DNA of 64,000 nucleotides, taken from positions 3,040,001 through 3,104,000 of the forward strand of contig CBDCJV010000002.1 of the NCBI GenBank assembly GCA_965217895.1, given 5' to 3'. Under the pieces are notes generated by a model. The model saw only the letters and a program-made list of their open reading frames with translations. It ran no database searches and was not told the origin of the DNA. Both the position numbers and the translations under genes were made by a program. Source of the stretch: Waterburya sp. (GTDB lineage Bacteria; Cyanobacteriota; Cyanobacteriia; Cyanobacteriales; Xenococcaceae). Position 1 is the first letter of the stretch; the number at the start of each line of letters is the position of its first letter. Of the stretch, positions 1-11,611 are shown piece by piece.

Positions 1-451
1 ATCGCTGATTAATGCAAGCGATCGCAAACGCTTTTTTGAAAAATCTAGTTGGGGATAAACTAGGTACTAGAGAAATTAATCTATTATTATCATTGATATT
101 TTCTAGGTAACTCCCAATTGATACTAGGGGAAAAACTCAGGTATTTTTAGGTATTTATGGTCAATATCTAAATTAATTTCCTCTGCTGTTGGCAAATGTT
201 GTAATTTTCTTAATTAAATTTAGGGCTTGTAAAATCTTATTAGGTCAGAGTCACACGAACATCTGAAAAACGTCTTGAATCGACCTAAAACCAAAGAGAC
301 AATAAAACCTCTTACTTTTGCACTAGATTAGGCATATATTCCTATTACTTTAGTCTCTCTTCTAGCTACTAAAGTAATAAGGATACTTAAACAGTGGAAA
401 CAAATAACATTTCAAGGTTAAATGAAAAGATATTATCTATGATGTGATTTT

Positions 452-1669
452 ATGATTTCATCTATAAAATTCTTACCCAATCCATTTCGCTTTTTACTGA
501 TTACCGAATGGGCAATGCTTGCTAGTTGCGGCTCTTTGGCAGTAGTAGAAGCTTGGCAGGGTCATACAATCCCTGTACAGCACATTTCAGTTTTATTTTT
601 TTTGGGTTTGATGGGTCTAGCTTTGCCTAGTGGAAACCAAGTTGTTAAGGTTATCTACACGGCGATCGAAATTGGCCTGATCTTTTACGGGACAGTATTA
701 GGCTATCTCCATATCTTGCCAACGCTATATTTGATTGTAGTTATGCGAAGCTGTTTCCTATTTAAATCCCTAGGACGCTGGCTAGTTGCTGGATTAGTGT
801 TTATTTTGTTTCTTAGCGACCAGTACAAATACATTCTACAGGCTATGCCAGATGCGACCGCAGAACAAGTTAACTTTGGGATGCACGTTGTCGCTGAAAC
901 CCTGGTATTTGCTTTAGGGGTCTTTTTTGTGTTGCAATTAACCAATAAAATTTTAACCGAACGTCAGATGCGACAAGAGTTGGCTCAGGCTAACGAATTA
1001 TTACAGGAATATTCTCAAAAAGTTGAGGAATTGGCAACGGTGCAAGAACGCAACCGCATTGCTCGCGATATTCACGATTCTTTGGGTCATGCTTTAACTA
1101 GCTTGAATATTCAAATGCAAACTGCCGTTAAACTTTGGGAAAAAGAACCCGTACAGGCTCATTCTTTTCTAACTCAAGCTCAACTATTAGGTAAAACGGC
1201 AATGCAGGAGGTTCGTAAATCTATCAGCACTTTAAGGGAAGATGCCAAAGAGGAACGACCTTTAGAAGCCAGGATTGAAACCTTGGTAGATGATTATCGC
1301 CAAGGAACTGGATTATCGATTTATACTAACATCAGTCGCTGTGGTTCTATCCCCAAACCAGTAGCTAAAGCAATTTATCGCCTAGTTCAAGAATCTTTAA
1401 CCAATATTTTCAAATATGCTAAAGCTACAGAGGTACGCATTCAGCTTAGAACTACTCCCGAAGAATTTAACTTAACTGTAGAAGATAATGGCAAAGGTTT
1501 CGACCCTAGGCAAAATCGTTCTGGGTTTGGAATAAGGGGTATGCAAGAGCGTGTAACAATTGTAAATGGAGAATTTAGGATCATCACCTCCCCAGGTAAA
1601 GGCTGTCGCATCGAGGTAAAAATTCCTAATGTAAAGTCCTCTCAGAAGCCTTTGCAGCTAGTAAAGTAA
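452..1669 (+). CDS. Membrane sensor histidine kinase (HisKA_3/NarX-DesK type)
   Basis: N-terminal TM helices; ERNRIARDIHDSLGH H-box; ESLTNIFKYA N-box; DNGKGF and GFGIRGM G-boxes. Confidence 0.9.
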   Translation: MISSIKFLPNPFRFLLITEWAMLASCGSLAVVEAWQGHTIPVQHISVLFFLGLMGLALPSGNQVVKVIYTAIEIGLIFYGTVLGYLHILPTLYLIVVMRSCFLFKSLGRWLVAGLVFILFLSDQYKYILQAMPDATAEQVNFGMHVVAETLVFALGVFFVLQLTNKILTERQMRQELAQANELLQEYSQKVEELATVQERNRIARDIHDSLGHALTSLNIQMQTAVKLWEKEPVQAHSFLTQAQLLGKTAMQEVRKSISTLREDAKEERPLEARIETLVDDYRQGTGLSIYTNISRCGSIPKPVAKAIYRLVQESLTNIFKYAKATEVRIQLRTTPEEFNLTVEDNGKGFDPRQNRSGFGIRGMQERVTIVNGEFRIITSPGKGCRIEVKIPNVKSSQKPLQLVK

Positions 1670-1732
1670 TACCAATTCTCGAAAATAATGAGAGACTTGG
1701 GACAAGATAAGCTCTTAGCTTTTAGCTTTTAG
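1670..1732. repeat. MITE-like end with TTTTAGC heptamers; reverse complement of 29250-29312
   Basis: TACCAATTCTCGAAAATAATGAGAGACTTGGGACAAGATAAGCTCTTAGCTTTTAG... matches 29250-29312 in inverted orientation. Confidence 0.75.
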
Positions 1733-1780
1733 ACGGGCGGTATAAACGCTTGGAGAAACCCGAAGCGACACGCTCTACTT

Positions 1781-2356
1781 TTAGCTCTCAAGCAAAGTTT
1801 TAATTTCTATCACTTTTTGATTATATTTGTTATCTTCTATAACTGGAATTAATTGATCGCCAGCAATAGGTAAATTCAATTCAATCCAAGATTTACAGCC
1901 ACCATAGGCATTACTGTAAGGAATAGATTGGGGCTGAGGTAGACGATAAACTTTTAGTAGTAAAACTATCAAAGGTTTTTGAGGCTTCCATTTAAGGCGA
2001 TCGCCGATCATTTGCTCATTCCAGATATGATATGGTTGCAATGCCTCGATCTGCTTAATACTATCAATTGCTAAAACATCAGTTATTTCAGCACAACTTC
2101 CAATAGTTACTTGTTCTGGATGCCAACCAGACTCCACGGGGACAACTTTTGAGGCGAATTCTGGCTTAAGTAAATAAGGTTTTTGATGTTCGTAGGTAGG
2201 ATATAGCCAAACAAATGAATGCTCTACCTCAAAACCCTGTTCACGAATACCGCCTTTTCGTAGCAGGATGATAGTATCGCCTTGATTTAAAGCTTCAACG
2301 GCGATCGCCCATTCTTTTAAAGCGTGCTGAAGATGTAGAGGTTTAGCTAGCTTCAT
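1781..2356 (-). CDS. DUF1802 family protein
   Basis: ALKEWA, LLRKGGIRE, LYPTYEHQ and YGGCKSW motifs. Confidence 0.85.
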   Translation of the reverse strand: MKLAKPLHLQHALKEWAIAVEALNQGDTIILLRKGGIREQGFEVEHSFVWLYPTYEHQKPYLLKPEFASKVVPVESGWHPEQVTIGSCAEITDVLAIDSIKQIEALQPYHIWNEQMIGDRLKWKPQKPLIVLLLKVYRLPQPQSIPYSNAYGGCKSWIELNLPIAGDQLIPVIEDNKYNQKVIEIKTLLES

Positions 2357-2395
2357 AGCTAATAATAAATATTTTTAACTACTTTAAGTTTAATC

Positions 2396-2881
2396 TTAAA
2401 CCAATCTTGCTAAATCAAGAATAAAAACAGTCAGTGCAGTATCTTCGTCTTGGGGAATAACCGTAACATGACTGGCAATTTCTAAAGTATCGGCTCGTCG
2501 GTAAGCATCAGGTATAAGGCGAATATGTGCCGCGGGAACATCAATCAAACTAGGAGATTCTGCTACCATAATTCCTAATGGCTCTCCTGTAATATTTTTG
2601 CTGATAATGAAATAACCTTTTGTTTGAGAGGTCTGGAGCAAGTTAGTTCTGAACAACTTTTGGTGTAGATCGACAATAGCTATTTCTTGTTCTGCTATGT
2701 GAGCTAAATTAACATGACTCAGCCCACTACCATGAGTAGGATTATGTTTAACAACTTTTTGCACCTGCAAGATAGGCAAAGCTAAGGTCAGTTTGCCTAT
2801 GGGAAATACTAAAAGTTTAATTAATGAATTTTGATTGGCTAAGATTTTCGGGCTGTTTAAATCAATTGTCAGATTGCTCAT
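2396..2881 (-). CDS. CheW-like adaptor at the end of the pix cluster
   Basis: CheW-like pattern (LLVFPIG..LALPI..VQKV, IVDL, LGIMV); lies directly downstream of CheA. Confidence 0.75.
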   Translation of the reverse strand: MSNLTIDLNSPKILANQNSLIKLLVFPIGKLTLALPILQVQKVVKHNPTHGSGLSHVNLAHIAEQEIAIVDLHQKLFRTNLLQTSQTKGYFIISKNITGEPLGIMVAESPSLIDVPAAHIRLIPDAYRRADTLEIASHVTVIPQDEDTALTVFILDLARLV

Positions 2882-2882
2882 T

Positions 2883-2960
2883 GTTAGTAGTTAGTAGTTA
2901 GTAGTTAGTAGTTAGTAGTTAGTAGTTAGTAGTTAGGGGCGAACGGTCGTTCGCCCGTAC
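2883..2960. repeat. Heptamer tandem repeat (GTTAGTA)x7 followed by a REP-like palindrome
   Basis: Seven exact GTTAGTA copies at 2883-2931, then TAGGGGCGAACGGTCGTTCGCCCGTAC hairpin. Confidence 0.85.
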
Positions 2961-3007
2961 AAAAGAGACAAGGCATACCTTGTACAGTTTTGGCTTTTTA
3001 GTTACGG

Positions 3008-6000
3008 TTAGTTTTGGTTGCTATAGTGCTGAATCAGTTTGTCTATTTCTGAGAGAAATCTATCTTCGACATAGGGTTTAGTGAAGTAGTGTTTTGCTCC
3101 TAAACTGGTGGCTAATGATTGATGTTTTTCGCCACTACGAGAACTAAGCATAACGACGGAAATATCAGTTAATTGTGATTCTTCTCGGCAAGCGGTCAAA
3201 AATTCAAAGCCATTCATGTTAGGCATTTCTACATCGCAGATCACTAAATTAGTTTGTAAATTATTGCGGAGTAATTCTAAACCTTCAAGTCCATCTCTTC
3301 CCTGTAAAACTCTGTATCCTTTTCTTTCTAGGCTCAGTGCTAAAGTACGTCTTAAAGCCGAAGAGTCATCTATAACTAAAATAGTTTCTGTCTTTGTAGG
3401 GAAAATTGTAGGAGGACTTGTATATGTTTTGCCTTCGAGGATTTTTTTGATTTCGGCGACAAATTCTTGTTCTACATAAGGTTTAGTAAAATATCCGTCA
3501 GCACCTAGCTGCATCGCTAAATTGCGATGTTTTGCGCCACTACGAGAAGTCAACATAAAGGTAGGAATTTTGGATAGATCTGAATCTCGACGACGCATTC
3601 CTAAAAACTCAAAGCCGTTCATGGTCGGCATTTCGACATCACAAATAATTAAATCAAGGTCAGGGTTTTGTCTAAATCCTTCTAGTCCATCCTTACCATC
3701 TTTTTTTTGCACAACTCGATAACCTTGCTTTTCTAAAGTTAAAGCCATGGTGCGTCTTAAAGCTGTCGAGTCATCGACAATCATGATTGTTTTTAAAGAT
3801 GTAGATTTGTTAAGAACTACAGCTTGTTCAATTAAATTTTCATTAGCGGTACTAATTTCTTCAGTTACTATAGACTCCGTTGACTCTAAAAATAAATCTG
3901 CTTCTGGTATGAAAGTTGCTGTAGAGGCAACAGAGGTCATTTCTTCGCCCAAGATCATACTAATTAAAGCTGTGCCATCAAAAGCAGGAATCAGACTACC
4001 ATCACCTAAGATAGTACAGCCATAAGTATAAGCTGGTGCTGCGATCGCTTTTCCGTAAGGTTTAATCACTAACTCTTGTTCACTAAGTAAGCTAACAACT
4101 TCTAAAGCAAATAGCTGTTGTCCTCGTCGTAACAGAAGTAGTGGTGCTAACCAATCTTCTGGAGGAGCAATGGTTTTGAAAGCTTTGCTGTTAGAATTCT
4201 TATCAGGTATTGGGCAGTTGTATTGCAGCACTTCTGCAAGGGAGTAAATCGGAATTAGTTTGCTATTTAAAGAAAGAAACTTTTGCTGATTAGAAACTTT
4301 AATTTGTTGGTGAGTGGGAATGATAATTTCTTCGATGCTATCAGAAGCTATAGCAAAAGCAGTTAAACCAAGAGAGCAAACTAATAGTTTGGCGATGGTT
4401 AGAGTCAGCGGTAAACGCAGAGTAAAGGTAGAACCTTGTCCAGGTATCGAAGCAACGGCAATCTTGCCTTTCAAGGTTTCAATTTGCGATCGCACTATAT
4501 TCATGCCGACACCTCTACCAGAAAGTTCGCTGACTTTACTAGCGGTAGAAAATCCAGGTTCAAAAATTAGGTCGAACAGTCTTTCTTTAGTTGCTATTGC
4601 TGCTTCAGTCGCCGAAATCAAACCCTGCTCAATTCCCTTTTGTTTAATTTTTTCTAAATCTAAACCTTTACCATCATCCTTAACTTCAATTACAGTTTGA
4701 TTTCCCTGATAGTAAGCCTGAATTTCAATTGAGCCTCGTGCAGGCTTACCTTTTCCTGCACGAATATCAGGTTGTTCGATACCGTGATCGAAACCATTAC
4801 GCAATAAATGCAGCAAAGGATCGGCTAATTTTTCTAGTACTGCTTTGTCTACTAATACTCCAGTCCCAGTCATTTTCAGATCGACTGGCTTGTGATATTT
4901 ACTGGACAAATCTCTTATAGTGCGAGGGAAACGCTGCAATATTTGATCTAGAGGCAGCATCCTCACCCACATCAACTCATCACGCATTTGACTTAGCATT
5001 TGACGCTGGCTATTGATAGTGCGATCGCTCTGCTTGGCAAAAATAGTTATATCATCGACGCTTTCTTCTAGCTGCACTACTTCTTCAAGTACCTCTTGTA
5101 AAGAAGAATAGAGGGTACTGTAGCTGTCCATTTCTAAAGAATCAAATTCTGCTGCATAAGCTGAAAGATTTGAGGTTGATACTGGAGTTGCCCAACTGCG
5201 TAAAGTATTAGAGCGTTGTTCTAAAATTATTTGGTCGGCAATTTCTCGCAGTTTTTTAGTAACTTCTCGAAAGCGAGAAAATTTCTGTCCTAGTTCGGCT
5301 ACATTCTCCTGTAGCTGTTGGTTTTGTAGCGATAGACCATTACGATTAATAGTCAATTCACCGACTAGGTTATTCATTTTTTCCAAGCGATCTAGTTCGA
5401 CTCGAACAGATAGTTTGGGAGTAGCTTGTACCTGGGGTTTGGCAGCTTCTAATTCTGCTGGTTTTGATTCTTGAGCAGAAGTAGTTTTAGTAGGTAAAGA
5501 TAAAGAAGACGGTTGACTTTCTATAGTAGGAAGACTGGCAAATAGCTGTTCAATTGATTCAACTGCTGTTTCTATATTTTCTGCTGGAGAAAAGTTATTT
5601 TGAGCTACTAAATCCTCTGCAACTTCTTCTAAAGGTTGTTCATCAGCAATTGTGCCAAAGATATCGTCAATATCTACATTGACTGACTCGGTAATTTCCC
5701 CAACAGCTTCTTCTACAGGCTGTTCATCAGCAATTTTACCAAAGATATCACTAATACTTTCATCATCTAACTTCGTAGCCTCAGCAAATTCCTCTATCGT
5801 CGATTCATCATCAGGAATTGCACCAAAAATATCACTAATATCTGTATCGCCTGATTCTATCGGTTGAGCCAATTCTTCTACCGTTGATTCATCTTCGGGA
5901 ACAATACCAAAGATGTCGTTAATACTTTCCTCGGCTGACTCTAAACTTTCGGCAGTGACTTCTTCTACAAGTTCATCATCGGGAATCATCCCAAAAATAT

Positions 6001-6991
6001 CATTGATGGTGTCATCGGCTGAGTCGAAAGTCTCAGCGACTTCTTCTATTAGTCGATCATCGGCAAGATCGGCAAATATATTAATATCATCTGTTAAAGG
6101 ATCTAAAACTGGTTCGGATGACCATAAATTATCTGGATCTTCTGTGACCAATTCTTCAAAAGCCATTCCAGTTTCAAAATTGCTAGAAACCGATTCTTCT
6201 GAGTAAGCTTGAGCTAATTCTTTTAAAGTAGAAGAAACTTCTCCACCTTGTTCGCGATCGCCCGCTAAGACCAGATCTTTTGCTAAAGTACAGTCAGCGA
6301 CTGTTGCCTGAATTATCTCTAAAATGCGATCGCTATTTTGCCCCAAAGCTGTTTGGGACGTTTGCACAATATCGCTAAAGCCTGGCAGGTTAAACAACTC
6401 CGCAAAACCAGCAAACATATCTAGCTGTCCCTGTAATTCCTCTTCTAAATTATAATTAGCGGGATTAGCTGCAACGGTTTGTAAGTGTTCCAAAGCCTGA
6501 ACAACATCCACTTCAAAAATCGAAGAGACAATATCTACTCCTAGATCGCTAGAACTGGGCATATAATTATCAGCATTTTTCAGAGCATCTGCCAAACGGA
6601 TTTCTAAAGCAGTAAATACTGGTTCAGCCTTTAGTAATGCTGCTTCTTCGTCAAAAGTTCCTGTCTCAATTTGTTCGGTGAGGGGATTACGCAGACAATC
6701 ATATCCCTGTAACAGTAGACTTTCTAATTCTCCATCAAAATCAACGCGATCGCTATAAAGAGCCTTGAAAAAATCCTCTAATCGATGAGCCAATAATTCA
6801 ATCGCCCCTAACTCAACACTGGCTGCACCACCTTTGATGGAGTGAGCAGCCCGCATCAACTCATGAACTTTTGGGGTACTATGGTTCTCGCGGAGGTCAA
6901 GTAGACCTGTTTCTAGTACTTGTAATAGTTCTTGAGCTTCTTCGATGAAAAATTGATATGCTTGGTCGCGAATATCGGGGTTGAGTGACAT
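3008..6991 (-). CDS. pixL: CheA-like hybrid kinase PixL (Hpt, acidic linker, dimerization, HATPase, CheW, two REC domains)
   Basis: RAAHSIKGGA Hpt; LLRNGFDHGIE, DDGKGLD and GRGVGM; CheW domain; two receivers each with ICDVEMP; pix operon context. Confidence 0.88.
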   Translation of the reverse strand: MSLNPDIRDQAYQFFIEEAQELLQVLETGLLDLRENHSTPKVHELMRAAHSIKGGAASVELGAIELLAHRLEDFFKALYSDRVDFDGELESLLLQGYDCLRNPLTEQIETGTFDEEAALLKAEPVFTALEIRLADALKNADNYMPSSSDLGVDIVSSIFEVDVVQALEHLQTVAANPANYNLEEELQGQLDMFAGFAELFNLPGFSDIVQTSQTALGQNSDRILEIIQATVADCTLAKDLVLAGDREQGGEVSSTLKELAQAYSEESVSSNFETGMAFEELVTEDPDNLWSSEPVLDPLTDDINIFADLADDRLIEEVAETFDSADDTINDIFGMIPDDELVEEVTAESLESAEESINDIFGIVPEDESTVEELAQPIESGDTDISDIFGAIPDDESTIEEFAEATKLDDESISDIFGKIADEQPVEEAVGEITESVNVDIDDIFGTIADEQPLEEVAEDLVAQNNFSPAENIETAVESIEQLFASLPTIESQPSSLSLPTKTTSAQESKPAELEAAKPQVQATPKLSVRVELDRLEKMNNLVGELTINRNGLSLQNQQLQENVAELGQKFSRFREVTKKLREIADQIILEQRSNTLRSWATPVSTSNLSAYAAEFDSLEMDSYSTLYSSLQEVLEEVVQLEESVDDITIFAKQSDRTINSQRQMLSQMRDELMWVRMLPLDQILQRFPRTIRDLSSKYHKPVDLKMTGTGVLVDKAVLEKLADPLLHLLRNGFDHGIEQPDIRAGKGKPARGSIEIQAYYQGNQTVIEVKDDGKGLDLEKIKQKGIEQGLISATEAAIATKERLFDLIFEPGFSTASKVSELSGRGVGMNIVRSQIETLKGKIAVASIPGQGSTFTLRLPLTLTIAKLLVCSLGLTAFAIASDSIEEIIIPTHQQIKVSNQQKFLSLNSKLIPIYSLAEVLQYNCPIPDKNSNSKAFKTIAPPEDWLAPLLLLRRGQQLFALEVVSLLSEQELVIKPYGKAIAAPAYTYGCTILGDGSLIPAFDGTALISMILGEEMTSVASTATFIPEADLFLESTESIVTEEISTANENLIEQAVVLNKSTSLKTIMIVDDSTALRRTMALTLEKQGYRVVQKKDGKDGLEGFRQNPDLDLIICDVEMPTMNGFEFLGMRRRDSDLSKIPTFMLTSRSGAKHRNLAMQLGADGYFTKPYVEQEFVAEIKKILEGKTYTSPPTIFPTKTETILVIDDSSALRRTLALSLERKGYRVLQGRDGLEGLELLRNNLQTNLVICDVEMPNMNGFEFLTACREESQLTDISVVMLSSRSGEKHQSLATSLGAKHYFTKPYVEDRFLSEIDKLIQHYSNQN

Positions 6992-7084
6992 GATACTGAA
7001 TCTTCAAGTAGGTACTTTTCTTTAACTACAAACGACTAACCATAAACTACAAACTTTTATGCAATTTATTAAAAGGGAGAAAAC

Positions 7085-9103
7085 TTAAGTCTTAAATTTG
7101 CCAATGTCTGACTGGAGTTTTTCGGCTACGCTTGATAACTGTTTGATCGAAGTAGATACTTGAGTAGCCGATTGAGAATTATTTTCGGCGATCGCAGCTA
7201 CATTAACCATCCCTTTACTTACTTGGGCAGAGGTTGTTGATTGCAGATTTGCTGCTTGAGTAATTAAGCCAACCAGTTTATTAATTTCGTTACCAACCTG
7301 AGTTACTTCCTTTAGACTATGGCGAGTTTGCTGCACTAGTTCGTTACCCACTGCAATCTGAGCCGTACCTTGGTTCATTGACTCTACTAAAACGTTGGTT
7401 TCTAGCTGAATTTTACTTACCAGAGTCTCAATTTCTGCCGTTGCTTGTGCTGATTGAGTTGCTAGAGAACGGACTTCATCGGCAATTACAGCAAAACCTT
7501 TACCCTGTTCCCCTGCCCTAGCTGCTTCAATGGAAGCCTTGAGTGCCAACAGGTGAGTTTGAGCAGCAAAACGACTAATGAGATTAACTGCTTGGGAAAT
7601 TTCTTGGGAAGATTCCCCCAGTTTTTGAGCTTTGGTAGCAGTTTCGGTAACCGTAGTTTTAATAGCATTGATTTCGGCTGCTGTCTGGTTCATTGCCTTG
7701 TCGCTATTGTCTATAGTTAAGTTAGCTTGTTTGACAAAATTTTCTGCTTGAGAAGCATTGAGTAATACCTGATTACTTGATTGCTCCATTGCCTTTATTT
7801 GCTCCAACATCTGACCAATTTCTGATGCTTGGGTAATGGCTTCTTGCGCCAACTTTTGCACTGCAACATCGTTAGTTAAAGTATTGCTTTGCACCTCTAC
7901 TGCTGCGATTTTAGTTTGGTTGACTAATTTTTGGAGGCTTTCAATAGTTGAGTTATAGGAATCAGCAATTGTGCCAATTTCGTCCTCGGTAACTTTGGCA
8001 CGAATGGTTAAATTACCTTCGGATACTTCAGATACCTCCTGTAATAGACTTAAAGCTCGACTTTGAATTGCTTCTTTTGCTGCTTTCTGCCGATTTTCTG
8101 CCGATTTTTGCTGTTCCAAGAATTCTAGACGAGTCATGGCAAAACTAATTTGATCGGCGATTTGAGTAATAAAGTCGATCTCTTCATTAAGCCAAGGACG
8201 TTGAGCAGAGCATTGATGAGCAATTAGCAAGCCGTGTAGCTCGTTTTCTACTATTACAGGAGCAATTAAACTCGCTTTTACCTGCAAAGACTCTAATGTA
8301 TTTCGATGATCCCGATCTGTCTGAGTAAGATCATTAATAATTTCAATTTGACTATCGCCCTGGTAATGTTTATCAAAATAAGCAGCAACTAAATTAGGGT
8401 TTAAAATCTCAGTATTTTGAGTAACGGCAAACCCTTGAGAAACAGACTCGGCAACAACTTTACCTGCTGTACTACTCTCAAACTGATAGTAAATAACCCG
8501 ATTTGCAGGTAGAATTTTGTAACTTTGTGCCACAGCAATCTCTAATATTTCTCTTTGATCGACAGCAGCAGCAAACTCTAAGATCGCATTTTTAATCGTT
8601 TCTGATTGTTGAGCAATTAAGGTTTGAGCTTGCACAAAGTCAAGTAACTGGCTTGACATACGGTTAATGTTCTCACCTAAGCGAGTAATTTCATCTGTGC
8701 CTGCGATCTGAAGACTGACATCAAAGTTACCCTGACCAATTTTTTGTACAGCATTAGCAGCCAAGAGAATGGGACGCAGCAGTCGATTAGCTAAAGTATA
8801 GGCGATCGCGCCAACTCCTAGGGCAATGATTCCCGTACCCAATAAGAAAACCAAGCGCAATTCTCTTTTAGAGGCAAAAACCATGTCACTGTTTGGCAAA
8901 TCTCCTATCAAAGCTTTTTTGAGAGTCGTCTCTTGATTAACCGAACGAGCAGCAAAATGATAAGCAACTAAACCTAAAGCCACCGTGGGAATTGTGCCAA
9001 TGGCGATCGCTAAAACGATAATTTTAAACCGAATGCTTTTTTGCTGCCACCAGGATACAGAATTGGGCAGGGAAGATAATTCTGAGGAGCTAGGGTTGGT
9101 CAT
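7085..9103 (-). CDS. pixJ2: Methyl-accepting chemotaxis protein with a GAF lacking bilin-binding Cys (PixJ2-like)
   Basis: 2 TM, HAMP, GAF (LLIAHQC..RPW) without the DXCF and CH cysteines; MCP hairpin [28 protein letters not shown]. Confidence 0.75.
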   Translation of the reverse strand: MTNPSSSELSSLPNSVSWWQQKSIRFKIIVLAIAIGTIPTVALGLVAYHFAARSVNQETTLKKALIGDLPNSDMVFASKRELRLVFLLGTGIIALGVGAIAYTLANRLLRPILLAANAVQKIGQGNFDVSLQIAGTDEITRLGENINRMSSQLLDFVQAQTLIAQQSETIKNAILEFAAAVDQREILEIAVAQSYKILPANRVIYYQFESSTAGKVVAESVSQGFAVTQNTEILNPNLVAAYFDKHYQGDSQIEIINDLTQTDRDHRNTLESLQVKASLIAPVIVENELHGLLIAHQCSAQRPWLNEEIDFITQIADQISFAMTRLEFLEQQKSAENRQKAAKEAIQSRALSLLQEVSEVSEGNLTIRAKVTEDEIGTIADSYNSTIESLQKLVNQTKIAAVEVQSNTLTNDVAVQKLAQEAITQASEIGQMLEQIKAMEQSSNQVLLNASQAENFVKQANLTIDNSDKAMNQTAAEINAIKTTVTETATKAQKLGESSQEISQAVNLISRFAAQTHLLALKASIEAARAGEQGKGFAVIADEVRSLATQSAQATAEIETLVSKIQLETNVLVESMNQGTAQIAVGNELVQQTRHSLKEVTQVGNEINKLVGLITQAANLQSTTSAQVSKGMVNVAAIAENNSQSATQVSTSIKQLSSVAEKLQSDIGKFKT

Positions 9104-9145
9104 GGAGCAAGGTAGTAGGTAGTAGTAGTAGGTAGTAGGTAGTAG

Positions 9146-11497
9146 TTAGCTAACTTTAAATTTAGCGACGCTGCTTTGTAGCTGTTGGGCTACGTTTAAC
9201 AAGTCTTTAAAAGAGGCAGACACGGCGATCGCTTCGGAAGCGGTTTTATTAGAGATGGTGGCAACCTGCATCATGGTTTGACTAACTAGTTTGGAGTCTT
9301 GAGACTGTTCCACTGTAGCCGAGGCAATTTGTCCCACCAACTGATTAATTTCTTGGCTCACATCGGCAATTTCAGTTAGGGAGTGACGGGTTTTATCCAC
9401 TAGTTTTGTACCTGCAACTACCTGTTCTGTGCCAGATTCCATAGCTGCTACCACTTCATTTGTTTCTGCCTGAATCTCTGCCACCAGAGCCTCAATTTCT
9501 GCCGTTGCTGCTGCTGATTGACGAGCCAGCGATCGCACCTCATCGGCAACTACCGCAAAGCCTCTTCCTTCCTCTCCTGCGTGAGCAGCCTCAATCGAAG
9601 CATTTAAAGCCAACAGGTTAGTTTGATCGGCAAAATTACTAATTACGGTGACTACCTTAGAAATTTTCTGGGATGACTCTCCTAAACGTTTTACCTTTTT
9701 GGCAGTTTCGGCAACGGTGTCTCTAATTTCTTGGAAACCTGCCACAGTCAGATTCATGGCATCATCCCCAGCCTTTACCGTCTGGGAGGCTTTGAATACT
9801 GCTGCTTCTGCTGCTTTGGCATTACTGGCTACAGCCTGAATTGAATCAGTAATTAGCTGAATCCGCTTCAAAGCTGAATTAATTTCTTGGGTTTGTACCG
9901 ATGCGTCTGTAGAAAGTTCTTGAATTGAGATATCTTTGTCGCTGGTTGTAGTTGTTACTTGTGTGGCAGCAGTTTGTACTTGTGCTACTAGCTTCCTCAG
10001 ACTTTCAATCGTCGCGTTATAAGAGTCCCCAATTGTACCGATTTCATCTTCCTGTACCTTTACCTGTACGGTTAAATCTCCCTGACTAACGGGGTCTACC
10101 TCCATTAGTAACTCAAAGGCTCGGCGTTGCAAAGTTTCCCTAGCAGCTCTTTCTTTTTGCTCGGCTAGCTTTTGCTTTTCTAGCAGCTCTACTTTTTCTA
10201 AAGTATTGCCTACCTGAGAGGCGATCTCGCTTAGCAGAGTAATTTCGTACTTTTGCCAAGCTCTAGGCTGATCGCATTGGTGAGCAATCAGTAAACCAGC
10301 TAATTTATTGTCAATTATCACGGGAGTAACTAAGCTGGCAATGACGGCAAAAGGTTCTAACATCTTGAGGTGACACTCATTTAAATCTGCTTGATAAATA
10401 TTGGCGATCGCCTTTACTTCTCCCTGCTGATATTTTTCGGCGTAACCTTGGGCAAAACAAGGATCGTTAATCTCCGCATTCAGAGCTACAGGATATTTTT
10501 CGTCTACTGCTTCTGCTATTATTTTGCCCTGCCACTGGGCATCAAAACGATGATAAATAACGCGATCTGCCTTGAGAACCCCTTTACTGCTTTCTACTGT
10601 AACTTGCAAAATTTCTGAGACATCTTTGGCTTGGGAGATATCCCAGGCAATTTCTTTAAGTAAACTAGAACGTTCGGCATCCTGCTTGAGGCGAGCTTCA
10701 TTAATTTGAATTGAATCTGCCAAAAGATTAAATGTACTGCCTAATAAGCCCACTTCATCAGTCGAATCAACCGCAGCCCTAACTGCAAAATTGCCCTCAG
10801 AGAAATCTTGAGCTACTCTTTGCAGATTTTGAATTGGCTCGGCGATCGCTTTACTGAGAATTTTACTCAAAGCGATGATTGCCATTAAAACAATAATTGC
10901 TAAAATTGACTGTGCCAGTAAGCTACTTTTGAGTACGCCGTGAATTAAGCTTAGAGAATTGCCAGAGACTAAAATTCCTAAAGGTTGTCCAGTATTATCG
11001 GCGATCGTTTTTGCTGCCAAAGCATACTTATTGCCTTCAATTGTCCCTATTTGATTGACTATTTTGCCGTTGCTGGCGATCGCTAAATCTAAAATTTTTT
11101 GATTGTTAATAGTAGTACCAGAGGATGCAGATAAAGTAAAATCTCCGCTCGGCTGGCGCAAATAAACTGCACTGTAACCCTGTTGTCTTGTCAAAGCAAT
11201 CACCGTTTTTTCTAATACTGGTAATTTGTTGTCAGCCACCTCATTAGCCAAAATAATTTCAATTACTTGATTTTTTACAGCTATGTTTGCATCTACTTGC
11301 TCTATTAATTGGTTCTTTAAAGTTTCATTGAGCCATAGTCCGCCTGCACCAATAACCATAATTAATCCTCCAAAGCTAAACCAAGGAATTAATGCAGTTT
11401 TGCGATTAATTGGTAAATGATAGAGTCGGCGCAGCCAGCCAGAATTTATTGGCAATTGACTATGTTCTTGATGTTTAAATTGAGTCGAATTATTCAT
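9146..11497 (-). CDS. pixJ: Cyanobacteriochrome photoreceptor MCP (PixJ1-like, DXCF GAF)
   Basis: 2 TM, HAMP, GAF with DPCF and ECH cysteines, MCP signalling domain; start placed at ATG of MNNSTQ. Confidence 0.85.
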   Translation of the reverse strand: MNNSTQFKHQEHSQLPINSGWLRRLYHLPINRKTALIPWFSFGGLIMVIGAGGLWLNETLKNQLIEQVDANIAVKNQVIEIILANEVADNKLPVLEKTVIALTRQQGYSAVYLRQPSGDFTLSASSGTTINNQKILDLAIASNGKIVNQIGTIEGNKYALAAKTIADNTGQPLGILVSGNSLSLIHGVLKSSLLAQSILAIIVLMAIIALSKILSKAIAEPIQNLQRVAQDFSEGNFAVRAAVDSTDEVGLLGSTFNLLADSIQINEARLKQDAERSSLLKEIAWDISQAKDVSEILQVTVESSKGVLKADRVIYHRFDAQWQGKIIAEAVDEKYPVALNAEINDPCFAQGYAEKYQQGEVKAIANIYQADLNECHLKMLEPFAVIASLVTPVIIDNKLAGLLIAHQCDQPRAWQKYEITLLSEIASQVGNTLEKVELLEKQKLAEQKERAARETLQRRAFELLMEVDPVSQGDLTVQVKVQEDEIGTIGDSYNATIESLRKLVAQVQTAATQVTTTTSDKDISIQELSTDASVQTQEINSALKRIQLITDSIQAVASNAKAAEAAVFKASQTVKAGDDAMNLTVAGFQEIRDTVAETAKKVKRLGESSQKISKVVTVISNFADQTNLLALNASIEAAHAGEEGRGFAVVADEVRSLARQSAAATAEIEALVAEIQAETNEVVAAMESGTEQVVAGTKLVDKTRHSLTEIADVSQEINQLVGQIASATVEQSQDSKLVSQTMMQVATISNKTASEAIAVSASFKDLLNVAQQLQSSVAKFKVS

Positions 11498-11611
11498 AAA
11501 AACTAAAATTAGCAATAAGTAAATTTCTGGCTGTATAAAAAGATAAAAGTTTTAAATAGGATGAATGAATTTTAAAGTCTTTATATTGGTAAAAATATTA
11601 TGTTAAATATA

